A stretch of 64,000 nt of DNA from Candidatus Latescibacterota bacterium (lineage in GTDB: Bacteria; Latescibacterota; UBA2968; GCA-2709665), in contig CBDDDZ010000002.1 of the NCBI GenBank assembly GCA_965226795.1, positions 448,001 to 512,000 of the forward strand. The letters are read 5' to 3'. Shown piece by piece: positions 1-9,774 of this stretch (its first letter is position 1; the number at the start of each line of letters is the position of its first letter). Made by a program: the position numbers and the translations under genes. Below the pieces are notes generated by a model. That model worked only from the letters and a program-made list of their open reading frames with translations. It was not told where the DNA came from and did no database searches.

Positions 1-130
1 TCTGCGCCCGGTCGATCACCTCTCCCAGACGCGATCCGTTCCAGCCGCCCTGGTGTCGTACTTCGTATCCCCTGGCGTGAAGCGCCGAGCGGATCGCTTC
101 GTAAAGCCGAAGTTCGTACCTGCGCGGCAT
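1..130 (-). CDS. Hypothetical protein, 5' part (runs off window edge)
   Basis: ATG at 130 preceded by GAAGGGGA; open frame MPRRYELRLYEAIRSALHARGYEVRHQGGWNGSRLGEVIDRAQ to the edge; co-oriented with the upstream minus-strand genes. Confidence 0.45.
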   Translation of the reverse strand, partial: MPRRYELRLYEAIRSALHARGYEVRHQGGWNGSRLGEVIDRAQ

Positions 131-387
131 CCGAAATGGGTCCCCTTCCAACTGGCGGCTGAATCCCAACAAGACCCGCCCGGCGTACCGGAGTCCGATA
201 TCCGGGTCCCTGTCCGACGCCAATACGATGAGACCTATCCGTTTCGGGCGATACCGCGCAAAGGCCGCCGCCGCCGAATTCGTCCCTTTGGCGAAAGACT
301 CTTTCTTTATCTCCCCGCCCCCGGATGGCGTCGCCCCGATACACAATAGCCCGCACAAAAGCAAAAAGCGCACACACGCCTCACGTT

Positions 388-1707
388 TCATTCGTTGCGA
401 TTCAACCCGTGCAGCATTTCCAGCGTAGCGGATTTGATCATTCGTTCACAGGCCGACGTAATCATCAGCGTACCGTAATATCGGAACGCGTGGTCGACCT
501 CGTACCCGCCCTCCGAAAATGCCTCCGCCGTCGGCACGTATCCGATGCATCCGTTGCTATACCCGAGCGTGATCGTCTTTTTGAATGGCGACACCCGATC
601 CATTTCCAGTTGATAATCCACGAACATCTCGCCCGGGTAGGCTACCAGCGCCGCCTCTCCGATCCGCATGGCCTGAATCTCGAACGCTTCCGGCCGGGGC
701 TGGCGGTTCTGCGCGGCCACCAGATAGTCCTCCGCCCATGCGATCTGCCCCCGGTACTGACGAATCAGATAGTCGGACGCCTCGGGGTCTTTCTCTGCCT
801 GGCTCACGCGGGTCTTCTGCTCCTTGAGCGCACGTTCCGCCTCATCCACCGACGGGATTCTGGTGGGCAGATGTATCACCTGTCGCGCTACCCCCAGGCG
901 ATTCGACCTCAAGGGTTCCGCGCGCCGGGCGGCGGCGACGGCAGCGGCTCCCAGCAATTCGCCCTGCTGTATCGTTGTATGCAACGTGCCGTCCATCGGC
1001 GTACAGTTGATGTCGCCGCAACATCCCTGAGCAAACATCGGTAGCCCACCGTCCAATTCGCGTCGGATAAAGCCTGCCGCATATCCCGGAAATTCCGCGC
1101 TGAACGCCAGGCCCCGCAGGTTGACGGGATGGGCCGCCGTTGTATAAAGAAGACCGAGCGTGGAACCCGAGCGACGGTCGATGCGAAGCACGTCCACCCA
1201 GGGTGCTTCGGGGCCCTGCGGATTGTGTCCGATCGTCATGCGTCCGTTACGACGGGCGCGCCTGTTATGGGCAATCCGGACCGGGGCGCGGCCAGCGCGA
1301 AGAGAAACTGTCTCCAGCCGGTCCGCCGCCATGCGGACGGCGCCCGCGACCTGCCGGCAGAGCACGTCCTCGTATGCCCCATCCCGCTGGCCCATGCTAC
1401 GAAACGACATCACCGTCGGACCGGAATGGGAGTGGGATCCGTTCAACAAAAGGCACCCGCCCGGTATACCCGTCGCGCTTTCCACCAGGTCCCGTATCCG
1501 CGTCACGAGGTCGGGCGCAAATGCGATGAGATCCGACGTGACCATAGCCAGCCGGGTCTGGTCGTCGTCAAGTACCAGAGCGCGTGCGAACAGATCGTCG
1601 TAAACCGTTTCGGCCGGTCCCTTTCTGTTACCGAAGCCACACAACGAAACGCCGATTGGCGGCGTAATATTGACCTCGGCAACGCCGGCCTTCAGTTCGC
1701 CCGTCAC
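388..1707 (-). CDS. Neutral/alkaline non-lysosomal ceramidase N-terminal-domain family hydrolase
   Basis: AGVAEVNITPP, DDLFARALVL, SHSHSGP, AAHP, QGCCGDIN and GYSNGCIGYVPT..EGGYE motifs typical of this family. Confidence 0.75.
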   Translation of the reverse strand: MTGELKAGVAEVNITPPIGVSLCGFGNRKGPAETVYDDLFARALVLDDDQTRLAMVTSDLIAFAPDLVTRIRDLVESATGIPGGCLLLNGSHSHSGPTVMSFRSMGQRDGAYEDVLCRQVAGAVRMAADRLETVSLRAGRAPVRIAHNRRARRNGRMTIGHNPQGPEAPWVDVLRIDRRSGSTLGLLYTTAAHPVNLRGLAFSAEFPGYAAGFIRRELDGGLPMFAQGCCGDINCTPMDGTLHTTIQQGELLGAAAVAAARRAEPLRSNRLGVARQVIHLPTRIPSVDEAERALKEQKTRVSQAEKDPEASDYLIRQYRGQIAWAEDYLVAAQNRQPRPEAFEIQAMRIGEAALVAYPGEMFVDYQLEMDRVSPFKKTITLGYSNGCIGYVPTAEAFSEGGYEVDHAFRYYGTLMITSACERMIKSATLEMLHGLNRNE

Positions 1708-1769
1708 AGTAATCTCCCAACCCGACGATGCAGACCGCCCATCCCGCGGTGGTCTGGTTTTTTCTCAAC

Positions 1770-2795
1770 CTAAAACTGGCCGTTCCGCGCTTCGTACTTT
1801 GTCGGCTTGCCCAGGGTCGGACCCCCGCGCATCACCCACGCGGCCACCCATTCCATCATTTCCTCGGACGACACCCGGGGCAGGCCCATGAGATCGAATA
1901 ACGCCCCCGCATTGCCCAACAGGGCCGTCTGACTCTCCTCTCCCTCGAAAACAGGCGTCCGCCCCATCAGCGCGCCCAGCTTCAGCGCAACGTCCCGGAC
2001 CTCCAGCAAATCGCACCCGGTAAGGTTGAGCACCCGCGCGGGCCTTTCACAGAGCGGAAAGCTGCGCGCAAGATAGGCGTTCGCATCGCCCTGCCAGATC
2101 TGGTTTACATATCCCATGGTCAGATCGATCGGTTGTCCGCTCCACACCCGCTGCGCGATATCCAGAAACACGCCGTAGCGCAACTCCGTTGCGTAGAACA
2201 GCCGGATGATCGCTAACGGAGTGCCGTTCCGCTCCGCGTAGTAAGCCGCCAGCCGCTCGCCCCCCAGACGGGACTGCGCATACTCTCCGATCGGGTCCAG
2301 CGGCGACAACTCCACCGAGCCGCCCGAATCCGGAGAAACAAACCGGTAGACGTTCCCCGAAGACACATAGACGATTTGGGAATCCGGAAACCGCTGCATC
2401 ACCTTGCCCGGTAGCAGCGCGTTCATTGCCCAGGTCAGTGGCGCATTCCCGGTTGAACCGAATTTGTGGCCGGCAAGCAGGATAATGTGTCCCACGTCCG
2501 GCAGACTGCGCAGCGCATTGTCGTCGATCAGGTCGCACCGTAAGGTCCGTATCCCCCTGGTTTCAAGGTAGTTCCGATCACCTGAATTGGAAAACCGGGA
2601 GACCCCGATGACGCCACTGGCCCCTGAACGCACCAGGAGTTCGCCCAGTGTCAGCCCCATTTTGCCGGCGATGCCCAGTATCATCACCTCGCCGTCGATT
2701 CTGGATAACGCATCCGTTACTTCGGGAATCGGTTCGGTCATCCGATCGACCAGCGCGGTTTCGTTCTCGATAGGTTCAATGGTAAACTTCGACAT
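1770..2795 (-). CDS. NAD-dependent epimerase/dehydratase family protein
   Basis: GIAGKMG Rossmann motif, SSGNVY, EYAQSR; start placed at ATG 2795 after GAGGGAG RBS. Confidence 0.8.
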   Translation of the reverse strand: MSKFTIEPIENETALVDRMTEPIPEVTDALSRIDGEVMILGIAGKMGLTLGELLVRSGASGVIGVSRFSNSGDRNYLETRGIRTLRCDLIDDNALRSLPDVGHIILLAGHKFGSTGNAPLTWAMNALLPGKVMQRFPDSQIVYVSSGNVYRFVSPDSGGSVELSPLDPIGEYAQSRLGGERLAAYYAERNGTPLAIIRLFYATELRYGVFLDIAQRVWSGQPIDLTMGYVNQIWQGDANAYLARSFPLCERPARVLNLTGCDLLEVRDVALKLGALMGRTPVFEGEESQTALLGNAGALFDLMGLPRVSSEEMMEWVAAWVMRGGPTLGKPTKYEARNGQF

Positions 2796-3097
2796 CTTTT
2801 TCGATGCTCCCTCACTGAGAGGACACCCGTGCACACCCCGACCGACTCATCGATTGGCCACCGGCACGCTCACGGCGTTTTGCCGCCGATGCTGCCAGTC
2901 GACGGCAGCCGCAACACCCATACCTGCGATACGTAATCCTTTACTTCGGCGGCCGGGAATCCATAAGCAGACATTTTAATTAAATGTACTCTGCTATTAA
3001 GATAGCTAAATTTTCGTACGCTAGCCCACAATATAGAGTGTAAGTCCTTCTCACACAACCGAAAATTCGAGTGCGCATACCTGGGAGGCCAAAATAG

Positions 3098-3126
3098 TTG
3101 ACTTTATCCCCGCAGAAACCTACGTT
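3098..3126 (+). promoter_or_regulatory. Putative sigma70 promoter of ABC transporter gene
   Basis: TTGACT-17 nt-TACGTT in AT-rich divergent intergenic region. Confidence 0.45.
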
Positions 3127-3224
3127 TAAGGTCCCATTCGCCAATGCCGCCGTTCCTGGAGAGCACGGTCCGGGGCCCGGGTTATTTCAAGATCGCTCTT
3201 TCCTGTGGAGACTGTATTTCGACC

Positions 3225-4985
3225 ATGAGCTTTCTCACCCAATTCTACCGCATTCTGGAGGGAAAACGCCTTCTCATCGCCCTGACCGTGGCATGCGGGC
3301 TTCTCTTCGCCGCGGCCAACCTTCTACCGCCGTTGCTCATCAGAGAACTCATCCGCTGGCTGACGGAAGGCGCCGCCGCCGACCTGTTTCGGATCAGCCT
3401 GTTTCTTGTGGGGGTCTACCTTTTTCGGGGCGCGGCCAGATACGGTTACGGTTTCTTTTCTCATATTGCCGCCTATCGTGTGATGCACGACCTGATGGTG
3501 AAGATATATCGACACCTGCAGAACCAGCCCCATCGCTTTTTCAACACGCAGCAAACCGGCAGCCTCATCTCACGTTCAATCAACGATGTTGAAGCCCTGG
3601 AAGACTTTGTCGCTCACGGCATCCCGGAGACCGCACTGGCCGCGATTATACCCGTTTCGATGACCGTTGTACTGTTCACTCTGAACCCCGAACTCGCGCT
3701 CATCACCCTGATCCCCATTCCGCTGACAGCCCTGCTGGTCTACCGTTACGTCTCCAGAGTGCGCGCCCTCTGGGCCGCCGTGCGCGCGCACCTGGCCGAC
3801 CTGATCGCGCTTGTCCAGGACAGCTTCTCCGGCATTCCGGTGATCAAGTCCTTCGCGCAGGAACACCGGCGCGCCCGCCTTATCGAAGCCCAGAGCCTGA
3901 AATTCAGAGACAGCAGCGTAACAGCCAACCGCATCTCCCTACTACCGGCCGGGATCATCGAGGCCGCGGGGGGAATCGGCATCGTTCTGGTGATCTGGAG
4001 CGGCGGCAAAATGGCACTGGAAGGTGTCATTTCCGTTGCGGACCTCTTTGTCTTTATCGTCTACATGGGGCACATCTACCAGCCTTTTCTCCAACTCGCC
4101 TCGTTTAACGACATTCTGCAGAAAGCCGCAGCCAGCACCGACCGTGTTTTCCAGCTCCTTGCCGTCGAATCGGACATCAAAGATGCACACGACGCCCGAA
4201 CGCCGCAAGCCATGACCTGGAACATCCGTTTCCAGAACGTCACCTTCGGATACGAGCCCGAAAATCCCGTGCTTCACGGGGTCGACTTCCATGCCGACGC
4301 CGGCGAGATTATCGCCCTTGTCGGCCCCACCGGCGCCGGCAAAACCACCGTTGCCAACCTGGTCCCACGCTTTTACGATCCGCAGCGAGGCGGAGTCTTC
4401 ATTGGCGGGCACGACGTCCGCACCCTTCCGCTGGCCTACCTGCGCTCGCAGATCGCTACCGTGTTCCAGGATGTTTTCCTCTTCCACGCCACCGTGCGCG
4501 AGAACCTGCTCTTCGGCCGTCCCGACGCTACGGATCTACAGGTCCGGGCAGCGGCCCGGGCGGCCAACGCGGAAGACTTCATCCTGGATTTGCCGGAAGG
4601 CTACGACACGCTCGTCGGGGAGCGGGGCGTCCGGCTTTCCGGCGGCCAGAAGCAGCGGCTCTCCATCGCCCGCGCCGTGTTGAAAGACGCCCCCATCCTC
4701 ATCCTGGACGAAGCCACCTCCTCGGTGGACGCCGAGACCGAGATCCTCATTCAGGAAGCCATCGCCCGCCTTACGCGCCACCGCACGACCATTGTGATCG
4801 CACACCGGCTTTCCACCGTGCGCAATTCGGACAAGATTCTCGTTTGCAGCGGCGGTCGCGTTGTCGAGTCCGGCACCCACGAGAAGCTGATGGAACAGGA
4901 TGGCCTTTATGCACGCATGGTGCGTACGCAGGAGATCTCCCGTGGGTGGCGTATACCCCAGGCCCGCGAAAACGCCGCCGATTAA
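3225..4985 (+). CDS. ABC exporter, fused permease/ATP-binding protein (MsbA-like)
   Basis: N-terminal TM domain; Walker A GPTGAGKT, LSGGQKQR signature, ILILDEATSS, IAHRLS; GGAG before ATG 3225. Confidence 0.92.
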   Translation: MSFLTQFYRILEGKRLLIALTVACGLLFAAANLLPPLLIRELIRWLTEGAAADLFRISLFLVGVYLFRGAARYGYGFFSHIAAYRVMHDLMVKIYRHLQNQPHRFFNTQQTGSLISRSINDVEALEDFVAHGIPETALAAIIPVSMTVVLFTLNPELALITLIPIPLTALLVYRYVSRVRALWAAVRAHLADLIALVQDSFSGIPVIKSFAQEHRRARLIEAQSLKFRDSSVTANRISLLPAGIIEAAGGIGIVLVIWSGGKMALEGVISVADLFVFIVYMGHIYQPFLQLASFNDILQKAAASTDRVFQLLAVESDIKDAHDARTPQAMTWNIRFQNVTFGYEPENPVLHGVDFHADAGEIIALVGPTGAGKTTVANLVPRFYDPQRGGVFIGGHDVRTLPLAYLRSQIATVFQDVFLFHATVRENLLFGRPDATDLQVRAAARAANAEDFILDLPEGYDTLVGERGVRLSGGQKQRLSIARAVLKDAPILILDEATSSVDAETEILIQEAIARLTRHRTTIVIAHRLSTVRNSDKILVCSGGRVVESGTHEKLMEQDGLYARMVRTQEISRGWRIPQARENAAD

Positions 4986-5021
4986 AAACACGGGGCGATC
5001 AGTCGGATCGCCCCGTGTTTT
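4985..5021. terminator. Bidirectional intrinsic terminator
   Basis: Perfect 16-bp stem AAAACACGGGGCGATC-agtcg-GATCGCCCCGTGTTTT between convergent genes. Confidence 0.8.
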
Positions 5022-5078
5022 GGCCGCAGCAGGTCGCTTGCAGCCTGACTCCGGTCGCCGCTGACCACAGGTTCGCAC

Positions 5079-6077
5079 TCATTTCTCCCATACCGTCACG
5101 TCGACGTATGCCGTTCCCGCTCTGTCTCCGGAGACGCGTTGCCTGTACGTGACGGTTGGGCGGAATCCCGCCTGCGAGAGCGCCGTTGCTTTCGGTTCGA
5201 AACCCGCGTCGCAATAGGCCAGGTACCGATCCGCTTCCGGTAGCGGCAATGCACCTAGCAGGTCGCACGAGCGGTCCCAGAAATCCGGATGGCAGTACAC
5301 GTCCACCACGCAGCTTCCGGGCCAAAGACGGTCGAACGACCACATCGCCAGGCCCGCTACGGCCGTCGTACCCCGCCGCCGCAACACCTTCACACGCGCC
5401 GGCTTGCCACCTGCCCGTCGCGCCACCGCGTCTCGAAGGAACGGCAACAGCGGGCTCTCGGTAGACTGCCGTCCGAAAATCCGCATGCCGGCACACCGCG
5501 TTACCCCCGGAAAATCTCCCGAAAATAGGGCCGTCGACGCAGGCCAGTCCCGCCAGTCCAGCCCCGCCACATCTGTGGGTCCTTTGGAGAAATAATCCGT
5601 CTCGAACTCTTTCTTTGAAGTCGTGTAGTAATCCATATAGCCGCTTTGCGGCTCCAACCCTTCAAATCCGTGCGCCCGATAGATGTGAAACGGATGCGAG
5701 TCATAACCGGTCCCGAGGTAAAGCGCCCGCCCGCCCCTCCCTCTGAAATGATCCATCATCAGGCGCATCAGTTCCATCGCCGCCCGCTTCCGCCTGTCCT
5801 CCGGTTTTGTATACACGTGTCCGAAAATTCCCACCCCCAGAATTTCGACCGTGGTCATATTGGCAATCGGAATCCCGTCGCGATGCAGAATATAAAAGTA
5901 GGCCTCGAGGTCCAGTCGTTCCCGCAGCACCATGCTGTTTCCCCAGCGCCAGATCCCGGCTTTGTGCTCCAGCAGCGCCTCAATGTGTTCTGCCCAGACC
6001 GGGTCCGGCCCCTTCACAACTCCAGCATCCACCGATTCGCCCGACTTGAGTCTGATCGTGCCGATGGGTTCGTACAT
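5079..6077 (-). CDS. GNAT family N-acetyltransferase (two-domain)
   Basis: VYTKPEDRRKRAA acetyl-CoA motif A variant, IYRAHGF; GAGGA RBS. Confidence 0.7.
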   Translation of the reverse strand: MYEPIGTIRLKSGESVDAGVVKGPDPVWAEHIEALLEHKAGIWRWGNSMVLRERLDLEAYFYILHRDGIPIANMTTVEILGVGIFGHVYTKPEDRRKRAAMELMRLMMDHFRGRGGRALYLGTGYDSHPFHIYRAHGFEGLEPQSGYMDYYTTSKKEFETDYFSKGPTDVAGLDWRDWPASTALFSGDFPGVTRCAGMRIFGRQSTESPLLPFLRDAVARRAGGKPARVKVLRRRGTTAVAGLAMWSFDRLWPGSCVVDVYCHPDFWDRSCDLLGALPLPEADRYLAYCDAGFEPKATALSQAGFRPTVTYRQRVSGDRAGTAYVDVTVWEK

Positions 6078-6093
6078 AGCATTCCTCGTCGGT

Positions 6094-7241
6094 TTACTTT
6101 GCCCAGTCCGGTAACCCCGTTAACTCGATTCCCAAAGCCGACTCGCCCAGCGTATAAATGGCGCCCGCGACGATCGCGACCCCTATCAGATTCAAAATCA
6201 ACCCCACACGGGCCATATCCGTCATCCGAACGCGGTCCGTTCCGAACACGATCGCATTCGGCGGCGTGGCAACAGGCATCATAAACGCGAACGAACAGGA
6301 GAGGGTGGCAGGGATCATCAACAGAAGCGGATCCACCTGTATAGCGACACCCAGCGCCGCCAGAATGGGGAGGAACATCTCGGCCGTGGCGGTATTCGAC
6401 GTCAACTCGGTCAAAAACGTAATCATCAGGCACAGGATGCCCACCAGCAACATGGGATGGAGCGCACTGAGCCCCGCCAGGCGATGCCCGAACCACATGG
6501 ACAAACCTGAATCCTTGAACCCTGTAGCCAGGGCGAAGCCCCCACCAAAGAGCAGCACGATGTGCCACGGCAACTTCGACACCGTCTTCCGGTCCAGAAT
6601 CTTGGCAGCGGAAGCGCTCCGTGCGGGAACCAGAAAAAGCAGAAGCGCCATTCCCATGGCGACGGTCCCGTCATTCAGAAACGCACCGCCGGGAAACAGC
6701 CCCGACCACCCCGGAATCACCGCATCGCCGATCCGGATCTCGTTCCGGAAGAGCCAGAGAAGCGCCAGCAGCACGAAATCGGCACCATCATCATTGTGGT
6801 CGCCGTATTGGAGATCCACATCGACAAAAACGCCGTCGACACCATGAATCCCAGCAGTATCCGCCGCGGGCGAACACCGCACCACAGGAGCACGCGCAAT
6901 GCGATCCGCCGATGCAGATTCCAGCGCTGCATGGCAAGAGCAACCATAAAGCCGCCGATGAACAGAAAAATTACGTGGTTGAAATAGATGGGCGCGACCT
7001 TCTTGCCGTCCATGATCCCCAGCAGCGGGAACAACACTACCGGGAGCAGCGCCGTAGCCGCGAGCGGCACCGCTTCCGTCATCCACCACACGGCCATCAG
7101 CAGGGCCGCGGCAGCCGTCCTGGTCACAGCCGGCCGCCCCGGCTCCAGATCAAAGAATAAGAGTAGAAGGATCGCCAGAACGGGTCCCGCGATCAGTCCG
7201 ATTTTCTGCATCCTCGTGCCGGATGGTTCCTTCACATCCAT
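6094..7241 (-). pseudogene. SLC13/DASS family Na+:dicarboxylate/sulfate symporter, internally deleted and frameshifted
   Basis: N-part (WWMTEAVP, FIGGF, WISNTAT) in one frame from ATG 7241 (GGAGGTG RBS); C-part (LFGGGFAL, LTSNTAT, ATPPN) in another frame; junction about 6778; first GTPPN region missing. Confidence 0.8.
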
Positions 7242-7321
7242 GTGCCCACCTCCGATCGTCTGCGATTCGCCAACCGCCCAATATATGCACGTCCCGCCTT
7301 CAGAAAAGCGTAAAATGCTCA

Positions 7322-7350
7322 TTGACAACCTGCCGGCCATATCCTACATT
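7322..7350 (+). promoter_or_regulatory. Putative sigma70 promoter
   Basis: TTGACA-17 nt-TACATT upstream of the Gfo/Idh/MocA pair. Confidence 0.55.
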
Positions 7351-7437
7351 TCACCCTGCTCGATTTCTTTTTTCTCGCGGTCCGGTGCCACAATAACTGT
7401 TGCGTACGCCGGGGTTACGCGAACTTGGAGGCGGTGA

Positions 7438-8511
7438 ATGAAGAACGGGAAATTCGGTTTCGGCATCATTGGCTGCGGCGTGATCGCGCCGACCCATCGC
7501 CTGGCCATTGACGCATGCGACGAGGCCGAACTGGTGGCGGTCTGCGACACCGACGAGAGTCAGATCGGGTCATTTCTTGCCGGCATAGATAGTGGCGCGG
7601 CCGGAATTCGTACCTATTCAGACTATAGAGAACTGGTTCAAGACGGAAACGTAGATATCGTCAGCGTCTGCACGCCCTCCGGTTTGCACCACGAAGGCGT
7701 GACCGCGGCCGCAGGGGCCGGAAAGCATGCGCTGTGCGAGAAGCCCCTCGAGATCGACGCCGGCCGCATGACCGAAATGACGAACGCATGTCGCGAAGCG
7801 GGGGTGAAACTCGGCTGCGTCTTCCAGAGCCGCACCAGTCCGGACATGATCAGAGCCCGTAAAGCCATTCAGGACGGCCTGCTGGGCCAGATGATTCTGG
7901 CCGACGCCTATCTCAAAGACTACCGTTCCCAGGCCTATTACAGGAGCGCGGGCTGGCGGGGCACCTGGACGCTGGACGGCGGCGGCGCCCTCATGAACCA
8001 GGGCGTACACGGCGTGGACCTTCTCCTCTGGCTTATGGGCAGCCCCGTCGAATCCGTATTCGGGCGCGTCGAACATAAAGTGCGCGACATCGAAGTGGAA
8101 GACACGGCCGTGGCCAATCTGAAATTCAAAAACGGCGCGTTCGGCGCGCTCATCGGCACCACCTCGTGCAACCCAGGCGAAGCCCGTCGCATCGAGATGC
8201 ACGGAGACCGCGGCACCATCACGGTAAGCGGGAGTTCGATCTCCCGCTGGGCGAACACGCTCGAAGAAGACGGACGCGCCGAAGACGGCGAGCCGCCAAG
8301 AGAAATCGAAATCCAGGGCGCGGTGGCCGATCCCAAGGCCATCGGTAGCTCTGGCCACGTCTTCCTGGTGGATGACCTCATCCGCGCTATTAAGGAAGAC
8401 CGTGACCCTTACGTGACCGGCGAATCCGCCCGGGGTGCCGTAGACCTGATTCTGGCAATCTACGAATCCGCCCGATCGGGAAGGGAAGTCGAGGTTCGCC
8501 AGGCGGGCTGA
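7438..8511 (+). CDS. Gfo/Idh/MocA family oxidoreductase
   Basis: GIIGCG, CTPSGLH, CEKP, GGGALMNQGVH. Confidence 0.92.
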   Translation: MKNGKFGFGIIGCGVIAPTHRLAIDACDEAELVAVCDTDESQIGSFLAGIDSGAAGIRTYSDYRELVQDGNVDIVSVCTPSGLHHEGVTAAAGAGKHALCEKPLEIDAGRMTEMTNACREAGVKLGCVFQSRTSPDMIRARKAIQDGLLGQMILADAYLKDYRSQAYYRSAGWRGTWTLDGGGALMNQGVHGVDLLLWLMGSPVESVFGRVEHKVRDIEVEDTAVANLKFKNGAFGALIGTTSCNPGEARRIEMHGDRGTITVSGSSISRWANTLEEDGRAEDGEPPREIEIQGAVADPKAIGSSGHVFLVDDLIRAIKEDRDPYVTGESARGAVDLILAIYESARSGREVEVRQAG

Positions 8512-8572
8512 ACCCATCCGATCCAGGCGCGGCATGCCGCGCTCCAACCCCCGAAAAGGAACCATGTACAAC

Positions 8573-9631
8573 ATGGCTGAAAATAGCAAACTCGGCTGGG
8601 GCATCATTGGCGCCGGAATGATCGCGGGTCATTTCCGGTCGGGAATCGAAGCCTGCCCAAACGCGGAACTGGTTGCCGTCTGCAATTACAACGAAGATAA
8701 GGGTAGGAAATTCGCGGCCGAGTCCGGCGGCATCAAATTTTATCAAAACCATCAGGACATGGTCGGTGATCCGGACGTGCACATCGCCGGTATCTGCACT
8801 CCCTCCGGCATGCACGCCGACAACGTTATCGCGGCCGCAAGGGCCGGCGTGCATTCCCTGTGTGAGAAACCGCTGGACGTCACGCGCGAGAAAATGAACC
8901 GGATGATCGATGCGTGCCGCGATGCCGACGTGAAACTCGGCTGCATTTTTCAAAGTCGAACCAGCGATGAAGCCATCAGAGTGCGGAACGCCATCAAAGA
9001 CGGCGATTTAGGAAAACTGGTGCTGGCCGACACCCTGATGAAGAACTACCGCTCTCAAGCGTACTATAACAGCGCCGGCTGGCGCGGCACATGGAAGGAC
9101 GACGGCGGCGGCGCGCTGATGAACCAGGGGGTGCACGGCGTGGACCTTCTGCTGTGGCTGATAGACGACGAGGTCGAATCCGTGTTCGCGCGCGCCGAGC
9201 ACAAGGTGCGCGACATCGAAGTCGAAGACACCGCGGTCGCCACCATCAAATACAAGAGCGGGGCGTTCGGAACGCTCATCGGCACCACGTCCTGCAACCC
9301 CGGCGAGGCGTCCCGGATTGAACTACATGGTGAGTCCGGAACCATCACCATGAATGGCACCCGGATCACCCGCTGGGCTACCACCACCGAGGAAGACGGC
9401 CGTGCCGTCGACGCTTTTCCTCCACGGCTAATCGCTGCCGCCGGTAACGTGGGCGCCGCCAGCGCCGTCGCGCCCGGCCACGCCTGGCTCGTGAACGACA
9501 TCACCCGCGCCGTCTTGGAAGACCGCGAACCCTATATTCCGGGCGAGTCCGCCCGAAAATCCGTGGACCTGATCCTGGCCATCTACGAATCTGCCCGGAC
9601 CGGACGGGAGATTGTAATGGACGCATGGTAG
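8573..9631 (+). CDS. Gfo/Idh/MocA family oxidoreductase (tandem paralog)
   Basis: GIIGAG, CTPSGMH, CEKP, GGGALMNQGVH; start may instead be 8564 or 8534. Confidence 0.92.
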   Translation: MAENSKLGWGIIGAGMIAGHFRSGIEACPNAELVAVCNYNEDKGRKFAAESGGIKFYQNHQDMVGDPDVHIAGICTPSGMHADNVIAAARAGVHSLCEKPLDVTREKMNRMIDACRDADVKLGCIFQSRTSDEAIRVRNAIKDGDLGKLVLADTLMKNYRSQAYYNSAGWRGTWKDDGGGALMNQGVHGVDLLLWLIDDEVESVFARAEHKVRDIEVEDTAVATIKYKSGAFGTLIGTTSCNPGEASRIELHGESGTITMNGTRITRWATTTEEDGRAVDAFPPRLIAAAGNVGAASAVAPGHAWLVNDITRAVLEDREPYIPGESARKSVDLILAIYESARTGREIVMDAW

Positions 9632-9705
9632 ACGCCGCGCCTTGAGGGCGCCGCGAACCTCGGCTCCACGGCATCGGACAAGGGGCGGAAGTCGTTACGC
9701 AAGTT

Positions 9706-9754
9706 ACAAAAGGAACAGCCGGTTGTGAGACCAGAAACCGGCTGTTCCTTTTGT
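9706..9754. terminator. Bidirectional intrinsic terminator
   Basis: ACAAAAGGAACAGCCGGTT...AACCGGCTGTTCCTTTTGT inverted repeat between convergent genes. Confidence 0.8.
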
Positions 9755-9774
9755 TTGGCTGATGTCCGGCGCGT

